Origin: Asterias rubens
Lineage: Eukaryota
Length of the DNA: 64,000 nt
NCBI RefSeq assembly: GCF_902459465.1
Contig: NC_047070.1
Coordinates: 19,282,001 to 19,346,000 of the forward strand
Reading direction: 5' to 3'
The first letter of the stretch is position 1; each line of letters opens with the position of its first letter. The notes beneath the pieces were generated by a model, which was not told where the DNA came from, did no database searches, and saw only the letters and a list, made by a program, of their open reading frames with translations. This document shows positions 1 through 12,700 of the stretch, in pieces. Position numbers and translations under genes: made by a program.

Positions 1-40
1 CTGTTGAGGGATGACAGCCTGCAAGGTAACTAACAAAACA

Positions 41-442
41 ATGTCTGTTAAAAATTACTGCAAAATTTGACAATTTCGCATTTTATTCATAATAATTACA
101 ATAATAAAAACTGATTTATACTGGGCCAATTCCATGCAAAGCTGTTCCAAGGCACATTACAATGAACAATCAATTGGGGAAGGAAACATGGTAAACAATA
201 ACAAATAAAAATACACAGTGTTTAAAATGCAAATGTCTGTTAAAAATTACTGCAAAATTTGACAATCTTGCATTTTATTCATAATAATAACAATAATAAA
301 AACTGATTTATACTGGGCCAATTCCATGCAAAGCTGTTCCAAGGCACATTACAATGAACAATCAAATATAAACCATTAAACCATTGGGGAAGGAAACATG
401 GTAAACAATAACAAATAAAAATACACAGTGTTTAAAATGCAA
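41..442. repeat. Tandem duplication of a ~190-bp unit (2 copies)
   Basis: 41-232 (atgtctgttaaaaattactg...tttaaaatgcaa) is repeated at 233-442, with a ~20-bp insertion in copy 2. Confidence 0.9.
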
Positions 443-3400
443 ATAACCAAGGAAATTAGAAGAAGAGACAACCAAAATTTAAGGCTAAAAAGTGAGGGAA
501 TGCAACACAGATCAGAGGTGCAATGAACAATAAAAATAAACCATTAAAATCACAAACAAATTAAAACGAAAAATACTTAGAGGAATACCAAAAGCAACTA
601 AGCAGTAATAAAATATACAAAACCATTTTTTAAAACACAGAGAGCGAACAAAAAAAAGAAAGCTTAATGATCATTTGAATCAAGTTAATTTATTGTAACA
701 TACATTTGGGTTGATATAGTTTGCAAAATTTTAACTTTGAATATTTGGGAAGTGCAATTCAATGAAACATCCCCTTGCCTACTGATGAGTTTGCCAGCCC
801 CGGTCATTGCAACGAGTATGTCTAGACGCATGTGTGTGCACTAACAATGTTTTCTGCACTGTGATGTCACAGAGTTTAATGAATATTTTACAGACAGGGC
901 AGCGCTTCCACACTCCTATTCGTTTTGTACATGTCGCCATTTGGGAAAATTATTTGTTAACAACGTGCAGAAGTAAGAAACAACCGAGTAAAATCCCATT
1001 CTCAAAACCACAATACCTACAGTTTGTTTGTTAGTTGGCACGATATGTTTTAAAGGGACCCCTCGCACGAGAACAGGACTTAGCGAAGTCTATCTAAGAA
1101 GCAGGTTTGCCTAGCCCCTAGCACCCTCCATAAAACACAATGATCAAAAACAAACACCTGTCATGCCTGTTGAGTATTGATACCATGAGAATAAAGAGTA
1201 ACAACAACAATCCCATCATTTAATCACTTACTTAATTCAGTAAACTGCCTTACCTGTCAACACTGCTCCTCCAAATTATGTCTCAGCCAAACCAAAGTTT
1301 CAAGTGGAAGTCTGTCATCGTGAATGTCTGGAGAAGTCAAGATCCCTGTCCAATGCATCCACTGATCATTTCCGTAGTAGGAAGACATCTTAACTGTATG
1401 GATGGTTCGTCTACTTCACCTTGCCAGAACAAGATGTGGTGGATATCCTTGGCAGCCATCTGAAAGAGACACATTAAGATAGAGCAAGAGTTAATAAAGG
1501 TACACTGAACTGTTTGATGGATTTGAGACTTGCATCTGTCTGAAGACATGTCAATCTTCTGCAGAAGGAAATGATTATTCCCTAGCAAAGAACAATCCTG
1601 TATTTTGACTTAAAGTGGATGGTACTCTTTTGGTTATGAAAAGAATTCATTCATTTATATTCATTCCATAAGGTTAACAATATCACAAAAAAACTTAAAT
1701 TTACGTGTTTACATTCATTATTGTAAAAAAATAACAACACACTGACTTAAAAAGGAGAGGACAAGCTAAAGCCCTAAATGCATAAAAGTTGATAAAAAAA
1801 GACCCAACCTCCAAATCCTAATAAGTACATTGTAAAAAAAAAATGCATTAATTCAAACCTTCATAACACTTCTGTCATGGGATAGTAGGATCAGGGGAGG
1901 GGACATCTTTCATCTTTTGCTGACAGGACAGCTCCAGCGTTGCTTTCACCACACCATGACTACATTGACAGGGATGACAGCCTGCAAGGTAACTATATAG
2001 CAAAACAATGTCGCTTAAAAATTACTGAAAATAAATCAGTTTTTACCCTCAAAATAATAGCACTTGGTAAGCTTGTTGGCCTAGTGTTTAAGAAATCTGG
2101 AGCCAACTGTATGGCTTATGATTTCTGCATAAGTTGGTCATCATTATCCTTTCGCAAGGTAAAAGCCACATTTCTCTGCTAGCTAAATTAAAGTAAAGAA
2201 TGCCTAAAAACATGATGCATAAAGACGATGTGACCTATGTTTACATTCAAATCGTCCCTCTGTTGACAAAACACTGTACATGTTGTGTACACATCATGTT
2301 TCGCCCCGGCAAAAATACGCAAAGTCATGGTAAGATTGCGTGTACTTTCTAGCTGGCTGCCAAAACACAAAGGTTTACGCCCACAGTTATTTAAATTTGA
2401 CATACATAAAAATAAAAATAAAACGTATCATATTTTGTTGGAGTCTTGGCTTGGGCAGGCCTTCATTTAAAAGGAGCGCGATCACGCTCCTCAAAAATTT
2501 TAAGGAGAGCTAAAAAAAAAACACTCCTTACAATTTAACAAGAGTATTTTTAGCTTCAATTAGGGGCTATTAGTTTTGAATCATTCTTTTGTGGATTTTT
2601 TTTCTATCTTTTTTCTGCTGATCTACAGACTTTTATTTTGCACTGGCATGGTATGACATAGGATTGCAACAAAATTTGGATTAAAGTCGACTCATTAAAT
2701 TTAGCAATAAAAAGGTTAACTATTGTGTTATTGAGTGTTAATTAAATGTGGGTTTTGTTAGGGGAGCAAGTCACTCTCCTTAATTCACTTTCTTGATTCA
2801 ACTTTTTGACAAATAATACGTAGAGTTCGTTTGAATACAAGACTAACATTCCTAAGTTGGAAAAAACACTTATCACAACAAGATTAACAACAACGACGAT
2901 GCTACTTTGATAATCAAACCAATTTACTTCTTGGGGTCAGTTATTTTGGTAACAAATTTATTTCTGTACTTGTCAAAGCCCATTGAAGTTACAATAAAAA
3001 TAAAAAGTGGAGACTTTACAAGAAAAACAATTAATTTATAAGTTGTATCTCGAAAAGGGAGACCCACCCAGGGTTAAAAAAGTGTTGGGGAAATACATAA
3101 TACCAAAGGACTTTACAAAAGTTTACACGGCATGAGAGATTTTTAGACAAGAATCAAAGTGAGAATTTGTTTCCATACACAGTTCAAAATGCATTTGACT
3201 GTTTTTATTTGAGCAAGCTTGGTGACATGTGGAAGAACAGGTTTATCTCATTTATACTTGGATCAAGTATTGTCAAGTTATATTTTCTCTTTAAAAAATA
3301 TAGACATAGGCCTATTTAATTGTTTATTATGTTTATTAGAATTTACTAGTCTGCAGTTAATAAAAAAAAAAATTTCATTTTTTTCAACCACATCACGTGA

Positions 3401-3497
3401 TCTACATGTATCAAGTGACAGAAGGAGAATGAAACTTGATAATTTTGTTGGGAACTTTAGGTCGGGTGATGTTTCTTTGACTCATTTGATTGTTGAC

Positions 3498-3498
<1 letters not shown>

Positions 3499-3535
<37 letters not shown>

Positions 3536-3895
3536 AATGCATTTATAATGCGCCATCTATCTAGTGTACAAGACCCTATTCCGAGGCGCAGAACAAAAAA
3601 ACAATACATACGACAAAAAAGAAATGTAGAACATAATACAAAATTATACGATGAATAATCTACTGTCAAGACATGTAACGAGCTAAGTGTAAGAGGATTT
3701 AAATAAATGAGTTTTAAGCAAGTTTTTAAACAATGAAGAGAACTACAGCGCCTGATGTTATTAGGTAAAGCGTTCCAAAGTTTAGGAGCACAAGCGGAAA
3801 AGGAACGATCGCCATATGATGAGAAAGTTCTAGGAATAATTAAAAGGGACTTAGCAGAAGAACAAAGAGTGCGAGAGGGGGCATAAGGCATAATG
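3499..3895 (-). mobile_element. 3' fragment of an L2/CR1-group LINE with (TTA)n-type tail
   Basis: Minus-strand peptide YAPSRTLCSS...YGDRSFSACAPKLWNALP is typical of L2/Crack ORF2 C-termini; it is followed by the (ATA)n microsatellite at 3499-3540. Confidence 0.8.
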
Positions 3896-3929
3896 CACTA
3901 AAAAAGTACTGATTTATACAAAAAATCAT

Positions 3930-4585
3930 TTTATAAATGCTTGAGCATAATCTACAACAGGAAACTTTATTCTCAGTTGATACCTCCAGCAAGAAGTTTG
4001 GTCTGACAATAAACAAAAGCAAAACTGTCGTCCAAGTCCTTAACAGAGTTAAGATCCAGCTTAACAGCCAGATAGATGGTGAATCCTTGGACCAAGTCGA
4101 AAACTTCATCTACTTGGGGGGTGTGATTTCAGAAAATGACATCAAGCGTAGAGTTGGACTTGCCATGGGAGCCATGCAAAAGTTGAACTCTATGGACATC
4201 CAAAGATATCAAGAATTCAACCAAGCTTAATCTTTACAGTGTCTTGGTTCTACCAATAGCCACCTACAGCTCCGAAACATGGACACTAAAGAAAGCACTA
4301 CTATAAAGATCTTCCAACTTCAATTAGGAAAACTAAACTCAAGTATATGGGCATGTGAACAGAATGGGCAATGGCCGATACCCCAAAATACTTCCAGAAG
4401 GCCACATTGCAGGAAACAGACCCAGAGGAAGACCAGGGAAACGATGGCTTGAAGACATCTTCACTTCTGTGAAGAGGCTGACATACCATCTGTGGCATCA
4501 GCAGGACACCTAGCAAGGAACACATACCTATATGGAGACTCTTAGTTAAGACGCCATTTCCGGGATCTACCTCGGGAAGACGGCT

Positions 4586-4627
<42 letters not shown>
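3930..4627 (+). mobile_element. 5'-truncated, frameshifted RTE-clade LINE with (GAT)n tail
   Basis: Peptides KKFGLTINKSKT, LDQVENFIYLGG, DIKRRVGLA and YSSETWTL, and GRPGKRW-like GRPRKRW region, are typical of RTE ORF C-terminal halves. It ends in a (GAT)n array at ~4587-4627. Confidence 0.8.
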
Positions 4628-4629
<2 letters not shown>

Positions 4630-5399
4630 ATACAGACGGTGGGTCAACAGCCGCAGCGAGCTTCTGTCACCGGTGGAGCTTGCACAAGTCTCGCGGTAAA
4701 CAGGAATCAAGGTTGGGGGTCGAAAACATAAGAGGGTCGGTAACATATGACACTACGATACTGCACTGCACTTAGTAATCTAAATGATTTTCATTATTTT
4801 GACTTGACTTGACTGAGTCACAACACTTGACTTTCTTTTTTAAATTAAATTGTTTTATTTTATTTATCCATTTAATTTAACATGTTTACTTGTTAACTTA
4901 ATTAAACATTCAGTTAACAAATAAAAGTGCCTGCTCTTGTCTTTGACCGTATACAAATTATACGGTTTCTTGATAATTCAATTACACACAAATATCCTTT
5001 GAAAATGTGTGTCAGATTGTTGTCCTATGATGGGCGTGTATTGTTACGTACACATGTGCAACAACGTACGGCGGGTAAAATCGCCATTTTAAAAAACCAA
5101 ACCCGTTTCTGACCAAACAATAAACTCATAATTTGTGGAGGTCTATTAAACTTTGCAAGAGTATGAGTTAATTTTGTTTAAACAAGAAATACGTGAAGAT
5201 ATGTTGTGTTCATTTAAATGACGGAAAAGTTTTGGTAAATGAAGAAAAAATTGAAATTTACCTTGTCCATTTTTCTTGGTTCGCGGGCCTCGTTGAAACT
5301 CCAGTGCGTAAAGGCCGTAGTGTGCGCGCGCAGGTTTAAAGGGCTCCCGGATGGCTCCTGGTTATCTCACTGCTGCCGCACGGTGGCGCTCTATCAAAA

Positions 5400-5720
5400 T
5401 TTAGTTGAGTTCTTTACCCGGGTTTTATTTCACAGGCATATAAATAAAATGAATATTTTCACAAATTTTGTTGTTTTTTATTCTGATAGTTTGATATGGA
5501 AATCGCAGACCCACTGTTGTGTCCCTCTCAAAGCATGAAGCAATACCGTCAAAGGCAATGAAATACTGCGAAGGGGTCGATCAATCTTGAGAATGAAGTT
5601 GGTTAAGGTCAAAGGTGACGTCAGGCTATCCAATCAAATCACTTGTTTGGAGTTTCCATGGGGTTAATGTCAGCTACGATGTTTATGTCATCTTTTGCAG
5701 TGCAGTGACCAAATTTCTCC
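5400..5720. promoter_or_regulatory. Probable CFAP206 promoter, possibly shared with a divergent transcript
   Basis: TGACGTCA (CRE palindrome) at ~5616-5623 and CCAAT at ~5630. A GC-rich minus-strand exon with donor AAG|GTAAAT lies at 5261, and a 5' UTR acceptor precedes the CFAP206 ATG at ~6710. Confidence 0.4.
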
Positions 5721-6739
5721 GTTCATCTGATACGGTTTGACATAAAACAAATATTTTAGTTAACATTGATATAATGTATGTGTATAATACTATTATTTAA
5801 ACTTGTTTGAAATGTCATCATAGAGGTATATAAATGTTACATTATTGTTGGCTAATTCTGTTGTTGTGGTCCAGTTCACGGACAGCAGTAAACGATAGGC
5901 ATATTATTTTGCTGATTTCTATTTATAATTTATTTACTGACTGGATTGCGTATTGCCTGCTGAGAGTGATAGTTTTTTGAAGTCAGTAGATTCCGTATTT
6001 ATATACTCGCATGATTGATTGATAGGTCATTGTCAATCAATGTCATGTATTCATGTTCATGCATTTTGGATTTGCAACTATTTTTGCATGTTTTCAATTT
6101 TGTGTTGTTTTGAATTTGATTGATGCAGATTTTTAAAAGAATTTCAATTAGAATTAAGTTACAATAACTACTACTAGCTAGACCTACAAACTGCAAACAT
6201 GAACTAACTAAGGATATTTTTAATTTTAAATTAGTTTTGTAATATCAATAATAATTGTTGCCATAAGAAAAACAATTGCTTCCTGCATGATCAAACTGAA
6301 ACGGGTTTATTGCAAGCATAAAAATGGTCATCAGAGTGGAAATTATTTCCAATCTTAGGGTTAGACATTATTTATTAAGTCAGTGTGGATGATTGAGGGA
6401 ACATGCCCATCGGGATAGTTTGTTGACCCTCTTATTAAATTTGCAAATTGAACTAGCTGGGTTGTATTTCTTTTTTTATTGTTGTTATATATTATTGTTT
6501 ACTCGGCCAAGATACAAGACAATAAAACGTTCACAAAAAACAGTATTATACTACAATTTAACAGAATCAGGAAAACTAGCAAATACAATATATATAAATC
6601 AAAATTGTTAAAATAAAATAAATAATATTAACAAGAAATTGCATTTTGGCATCATCGTCATCATAACAATTTTTTAAATTGTAAATATTTATGTTTTCCT
6701 TCTCTCGACAGCTTTTAGAAATACAAAACGCCACACACA

Positions 6740-9700
6740 ATGTCTCGGGCTCAGGCGGAGAGTGTGATTAAAAACATCATTAGAGAAATAGCCCAGGAAT
6801 GTGCCAGCAAAGGACAAGCAGTCTCCGAGACGCTGGTAGCCTTCATGGTTAAAGCTGTTGTGTTGGATCCTGCTAATGAATTCAATGTTGACAGGACACT
6901 TACTAAAGATGACGTCCAAAAGCTAATAAAGGTCCGTTTATGGTTCGTTTTAATTATATAGGAAACTAAATCTTTGATGATCTCTCTTTTCAAATAGTGA
7001 GGGTAAAGAGAAGCATTCAAGTTGATGACGGGGTGAAAAGCTAGACTTTTATAAAAGATATGCAGGGGTTTTTACACTCTCCGCATTGGTTTAGAGTTCT
7101 ACAAGCAATTTTCAATAACATACTTTCTATGAGGTTGTCACCAATATTTTCAAATAGATTACTTTACTAATCCGAATTTCCTTGTTTTTAATAAAGGTGT
7201 ATTATGTATCAACTAGTCGGTTATAAAAGCGTGTGCTTTAATTTGTGTGTATTTTTTGTCTTGTTTCTTTCAATAGATTTGTGTGGATCACTTGTTGGAT
7301 ACAAGATCACCAGCTCTGGATACGGTGAAAATGCAGGTTTATTTTGATATGAACTACACCAGTAGAGGTAAGTAAAGGCCAGGGCTGCCAGGGTGGCGAT
7401 TTCACAAAGAGCTAAGATTGATCTTAACTGCAAATCAATAGTAGTTTGTTGGTGAAGTGTGATGTCTCAATACAAATCACTATGGTAACACATAAAATGT
7501 TGTCTTGCGATGAATTTAATTGCTTTTCTCCTGAAGACGTGCAGAGTATACTGTTCCAAACGTCGAGACCGAACCGGCTCTTTTCAGAGCCACCACTCCT
7601 TCAAAAAAGATTTTACTCATGGTTGAACCCGCAAGTTTACTATTAATATTTATATTTACTCTTATTGCTTTGTGATAATGCAAAAAAAGTAGGACTTATT
7701 TGAACGAAATACATCTCTTATACAGAATACATTTCATATTTTACCTCTGTTGTAGCGGACTTCTTGGATGAACACCGACGTGTTTTGGAGCAACGTCTTA
7801 CACCAGTAATTCGTGAGATAACGGATAGCCGAGCCCGCACTAGGGAGGAACTTGAAAGTCTCTACAGGAAGATTGTGTCCGCAGTGTTGCTCCGCTCAGG
7901 TCTTGGCTCACCCACAGATATTGCTGTGGTTCGTGAGGCAACAGGTACTTGTTTGACCTTCTTGTAGCATTGCATCATTCCTCATGTGATGAACAATGTC
8001 TCAGGAATGCATAGTATTGTCATACGAATTAGAAAATCCCATTGAAGTTTGTTTGATCATTTGTTCAACACTTAAAAATTGTCTATTTAAAACTGTAGGT
8101 ATTTTTTTTACTTAAGTTTTGACTCGATGAGAGACGCTTTCGGCAGCAGGTCTGTCTTTTTTGGGGGCTCTGAGCATGCGCACACTTGCTCAGTATTGTG
8201 CGTGTAGGTCTGAGAACGCGCACTACTGGCGAGAACTGAAAAAGGACTGTCCAAAAGTCTCCCATTTCAGTTAGAATGAATTAAAGTTTTTGAAATTTAA
8301 AGGCAGTGGACACTATTGGTAATTACTCAAAATATTTATTAGCATAAAACCTTACTTGGTAACGAGTAGTGGGGAGAGGTTGATAGTATAAAACATTGTG
8401 AGAAACAGCTCCCTCTGAAGTGCCATAGTTTTCGAGAAAGAAGTAGTTTCCCACGAATTTGATTACGAGACCTCACATTTAGAACTTGAGGTCTCGATAT
8501 CAACCATCTAGACGCACACAACTTCGTGTGATAAGGGCGTTTTTTTTTTCTTTCATTATTATCTCGCAAGTTCGATGACCACTTGAGCTCAAATTTTCAC
8601 AGGTTTGTTATTTCATGCATATGTTGAGGTACACCAACTGTGAAGACTAGTCTTTGACAATTACCAATAGTGTACACTGTCTTTAATGAATTTTTGTGTG
8701 TTTTATTTGTAGCTGCCCTACAGAGTGTGTTTCCACAGACGGAGCTTGGTACCTTTATGTCTCTAGTCAAGAGAGACAAAGAGAGACAACTCGTTGAACT
8801 GACGCAGATCGTCACCGGTATCCGCCTCTTTAATAAAGAATGTGGGAAAGGAGGAGAAGGCATTGATGATTGTGAGTTGGTCGCCATCTTCTTCCATCTG
8901 AATATATAATTTTTTCAGAAACAAAAATATTATGTAGCTTTAATTTCCAGTGTTTGTGAATCATGGGACTTTCTTCTATTGTGAATCTTGTAGCTCAGTG
9001 TAATAGAAAGAAAAACCGTAGCAAAGACAAATTCATGAATTGTTTTGTCCGATTTCAGTGCCTGCCATTTTGAATGAGGCGGTTCCAGCCACTACTCAGA
9101 ATGTAGATACAGCCATTCAGCGATCTTGTGATGTTGCTTTCAAGTATACAGGTAAAGTGATTCTTAACCATCTCAGTAAACTATTACATTAACTGCCAAT
9201 CAAGTAGTAATCAGCAAATGGTTAGAAGAACATCTTACATGCAGAGGTAAACAAAGCGTTTTTCTGGAGAATTATCTTCCTAATCAAAAGAGTCTACCCT
9301 GTTCTGGCTTTGAATATAGTGAAATGCAGAGGTGGGGTTTCGTAGATGAACAAACAGCTTGTGAATGCAGCCAGAAACCGAAAATGGAACACCAGCTAGT
9401 CTGCTCACTCCTTCTAGAGCCATGCAACCAAGATGGCCTGGGGTGGACTTCACAAAGAGTTAGGACTAGTCTTGTCTCGAGTTACGACGAGTTACTTATC
9501 CCAAGTTAGGATTAGCCTTAAGTTTTTTAATATCTCCAGGGACTAGCCCTAAAAGTAAGGACTAGTTCCAACTCTTTGTGAAATCAACCCCAGGAAGCTG
9601 TGTGCAGCAATGGATGGGGACTTGTGTAGTGACTCGATAATAAGTGAAATAAATATAAGTTACTTATCAGGTTGTATCTTGAAAATGACTCAGGTTTTTT

Positions 9701-12700
9701 TTCTCCACTTTCAGCATTGATTGAGAGGATTATGGCAGGGGAGGTAACAGAAGGACCGTCCGTCAAAGCACTGAAAGAGTCTCTTATAAACATTCGACAA
9801 CATGAGTCATTTCTTAGGATCATTCTTGTAAGTATCTGCAATCTTTTTGGACATTTTGAAATATAACTTGTCTCAATACCGCAGTAATAGACAGCTGCTT
9901 TAACAGTAAAGCCAGATTCATACTTCCTACGATTGTTGGTTCGAATTTTGTCGTTACAGTGCTGTTTTTTGCAGCGAATGTTTCGCAGAAGTTGAGCACA
10001 AGTCGATTGATGTCAAAATTTGCATTCGCATTCGCAGGAAGTATGAACTGGGCTAAAGTCTTCTACCTGCTGTTTTTGTTGTTTCAGAATTGGCTGTGAA
10101 GGCTCCTGAAAGCCTCGCTCAAGGGAAACTTGAAACCATGTCTGGTAGTCCGGATCCAGGGGTGGATTTCACAAGGACTTAAGACTAGTCTTGTCTGTTC
10201 TAACTTACGACTAGCCTTAGGTTTTTAACTCCACTAGTGTCCACGGACTAGTCCTAAATGAGGGCTATGTTAGTGAAATCAGGCCGAGGAATCTCTTTAG
10301 CCCAGATGGTTTTCACCAGATGTAACATTGCATGTTCCTTAAAGAATCTCTCTTTCATTTTGCTTCTTTTAGAATGATGTGATAAGCTGTGCTCAACAGG
10401 TAGAGATGTTAGAAGCCCAACTTGGATCCAGACTTGAACAGCTACAGGCAACTGTACAGTCTAAGACTGCCGTCCCTACAGCACAAGTCTATGTAAGTCT
10501 AGCAGTCTAAGATTACAATATTGTCTAGAGTCACAAGAAACTTCATCTATCCAATCGTTAGTCTGTCAACAGCAGCTGGTCATTGACCAAGGCACATTTT
10601 CATAGAGCTGCCTAACAACCGCTTTTGTGCTTACTCTGCGATTTCCATTTCGTAGCCATGCTAAGAAAAAGGCATGCTGTAAACCTTCCTGTGCTTACTG
10701 CACGAAATTGAATGATGTCACAATGCAAATCCATGGTGAAAGTCCAAGACTGTCGCTTAATTTTCTTGCTAACCTGTGAAATACGCTTACACCTGAGCAA
10801 ACTTGCTTACCATTAAGCATACAAACTTGCTTACCATTAAGCATACAAACTTGCTTACCATTAAGCATACAAACTTGCTTACCATTAAGCATACAAACTT
10901 GCTTACCATTAAGCAGTGCTGTAAAATTGGGCCGAGTGCTTTGGAATGGTGGTCACTGGGTTAGCCTACACTTGGTATTGTCTGCCATAGAGACTGTAAT
11001 GAGAAAGCTACTTAGATAGAAATGTATGTTTTTTTACATTTTGTAATGATTTGACATTGTAAACTTTCCATTTCATGTTACTATATTTTAAACTTTCCAT
11101 TTCATGTTACTATTTTTAGCCTCAGTTCATCAATCTTGCTCATATCTGGAGTGGTTTTCAAGATGAGATGGTTCTACTGAGTGTTCTCAGTAACATTCTG
11201 GCCAGCTTGGAACCTTTCACAAAGGTATGTTCGTGATCGTGCTGTTTTTATCTTTCAGATTTCGCCTGTAAATTGTAATGCTTTTCATAAATGTTTGTAT
11301 TATATATTCAATTTCTTTTGGTGTAAACAAAAAATGGTAAATTTTTAGTGTGTACTTTTATATCACATATCTTTGAGCGAGCAGGACCAAAACCCATTTC
11401 ACTGTACAAATACTTGTTTAATTACAAGTAACAATAAAACATCTTATTATTATGTTGTTAAAACAAACAAGTATCACATTTGTTTATGTATAGTCACTTG
11501 TGGTTCTGTTTTTTGTTTATAAGGGGAGGGTGCAATCTGCTTTTCTTATATTATTTGATTTGCTATTACAGAGTGTGATGCTTCGTTTTTGAAAGGGCAA
11601 GGGCACCAAGGCATTTTCTTCTTGGTAAAGGGCACCCTATGAGGAAATTGTAAATTTCTACTGGAGCATTTCAAGGGCACCAAGGCAATGGCAAGGGGAC
11701 ACGGAGGCAATCGCCTTCGTTGCCTCCGTGAAGTATCAGGCCTGAGAGTACTTGTTAAACTTTTATATGTCTAACTGTTTTTAACTATTATAAATATTAA
11801 TGAAGACTTATAATGAGCCATGTCTGTCACAAGGTGACACTCCTGGTGCAGAAACTCTAACTAAGTACCTTACATATTGTTTTTAGTGTTTTAACAGTCC
11901 CTGCTAATACAAGTTCGCAGGCGTGATACTTCATGGAGGCAATGAGGGCAATTGCCCCCATGCCCCCCTCGTCATTGCCTTGATGCCCCTGAAATGCTCC
12001 AGTAGAAATTTACAATTTCCTCATAGGGTGTCCTTTACCAAAGAGAAAATGCCCGTTGCCATTGCCCTATCAAACACGAAGCACACAAGCCCTTCACAAG
12101 TACCAATCCTGATTTAAATGATTTCTCTTTAGGGACATAAGGATGTATTTACAGCCGAGATGATGGTCCCTTTTCTTGAGGGATTACACGTCAGATCAGA
12201 TGAAGAGAGAATTAGAGAGGTAGGATTAGTTTCAAGAAATCAAAGAGTTAGGACTCAAAAAACACAACCGTCATAAAAATTACTCAAGGTTTTCTACATG
12301 TAGTACAAAGGTATGATTAATGTCTTGGAACTAACTCAACTGTATTAGTTTTTGATTTACCCATTACCAATGTGTGTAAGCACCATATCATGTCCCCAGT
12401 TCTGTAAAAAAACAAACCACACAATATAGTCATGAGTCAAAAAACATCTTTCTATGAGTTATACAATTTCTCCTCAATCGAAAACACATCCATGTTTTAA
12501 CAAAATGCATCTTCCATTGAATTCCTTGACGTCAGACTACAGGGGATGAACACCGTGTACAACCTTCTGATTTTAAGCGCGTAGAATGGTTATTCCCAGA
12601 AACTACAAAGAACTTTGAAAGACTTCCTCTTCAATATCGGGTAAGTCCGCACCATTGCTTTATTATCTCAGCAAGTATTACAATAGACCGATCCACTAAG

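Noticed and set aside
782-830. CTGATGAG followed by a stem, resembling a hammerhead
   Set aside because: The stem is followed by GAGT rather than GAAA, and no stems I/III were found.
1254-1981. Selenoprotein-like reading with only UGA stops (…IPUQKC…, …QCUQ)
   Set aside because: A second frame also has only UGA stops, phases do not connect to the neighbouring exons, and no UxxC exon or SECIS was seen.
5650-5670. RFX X-box for the ciliary gene (GTTTCCATGGGGTT; also GTTGCCAT at ~6258)
   Set aside because: Half-site matches only.
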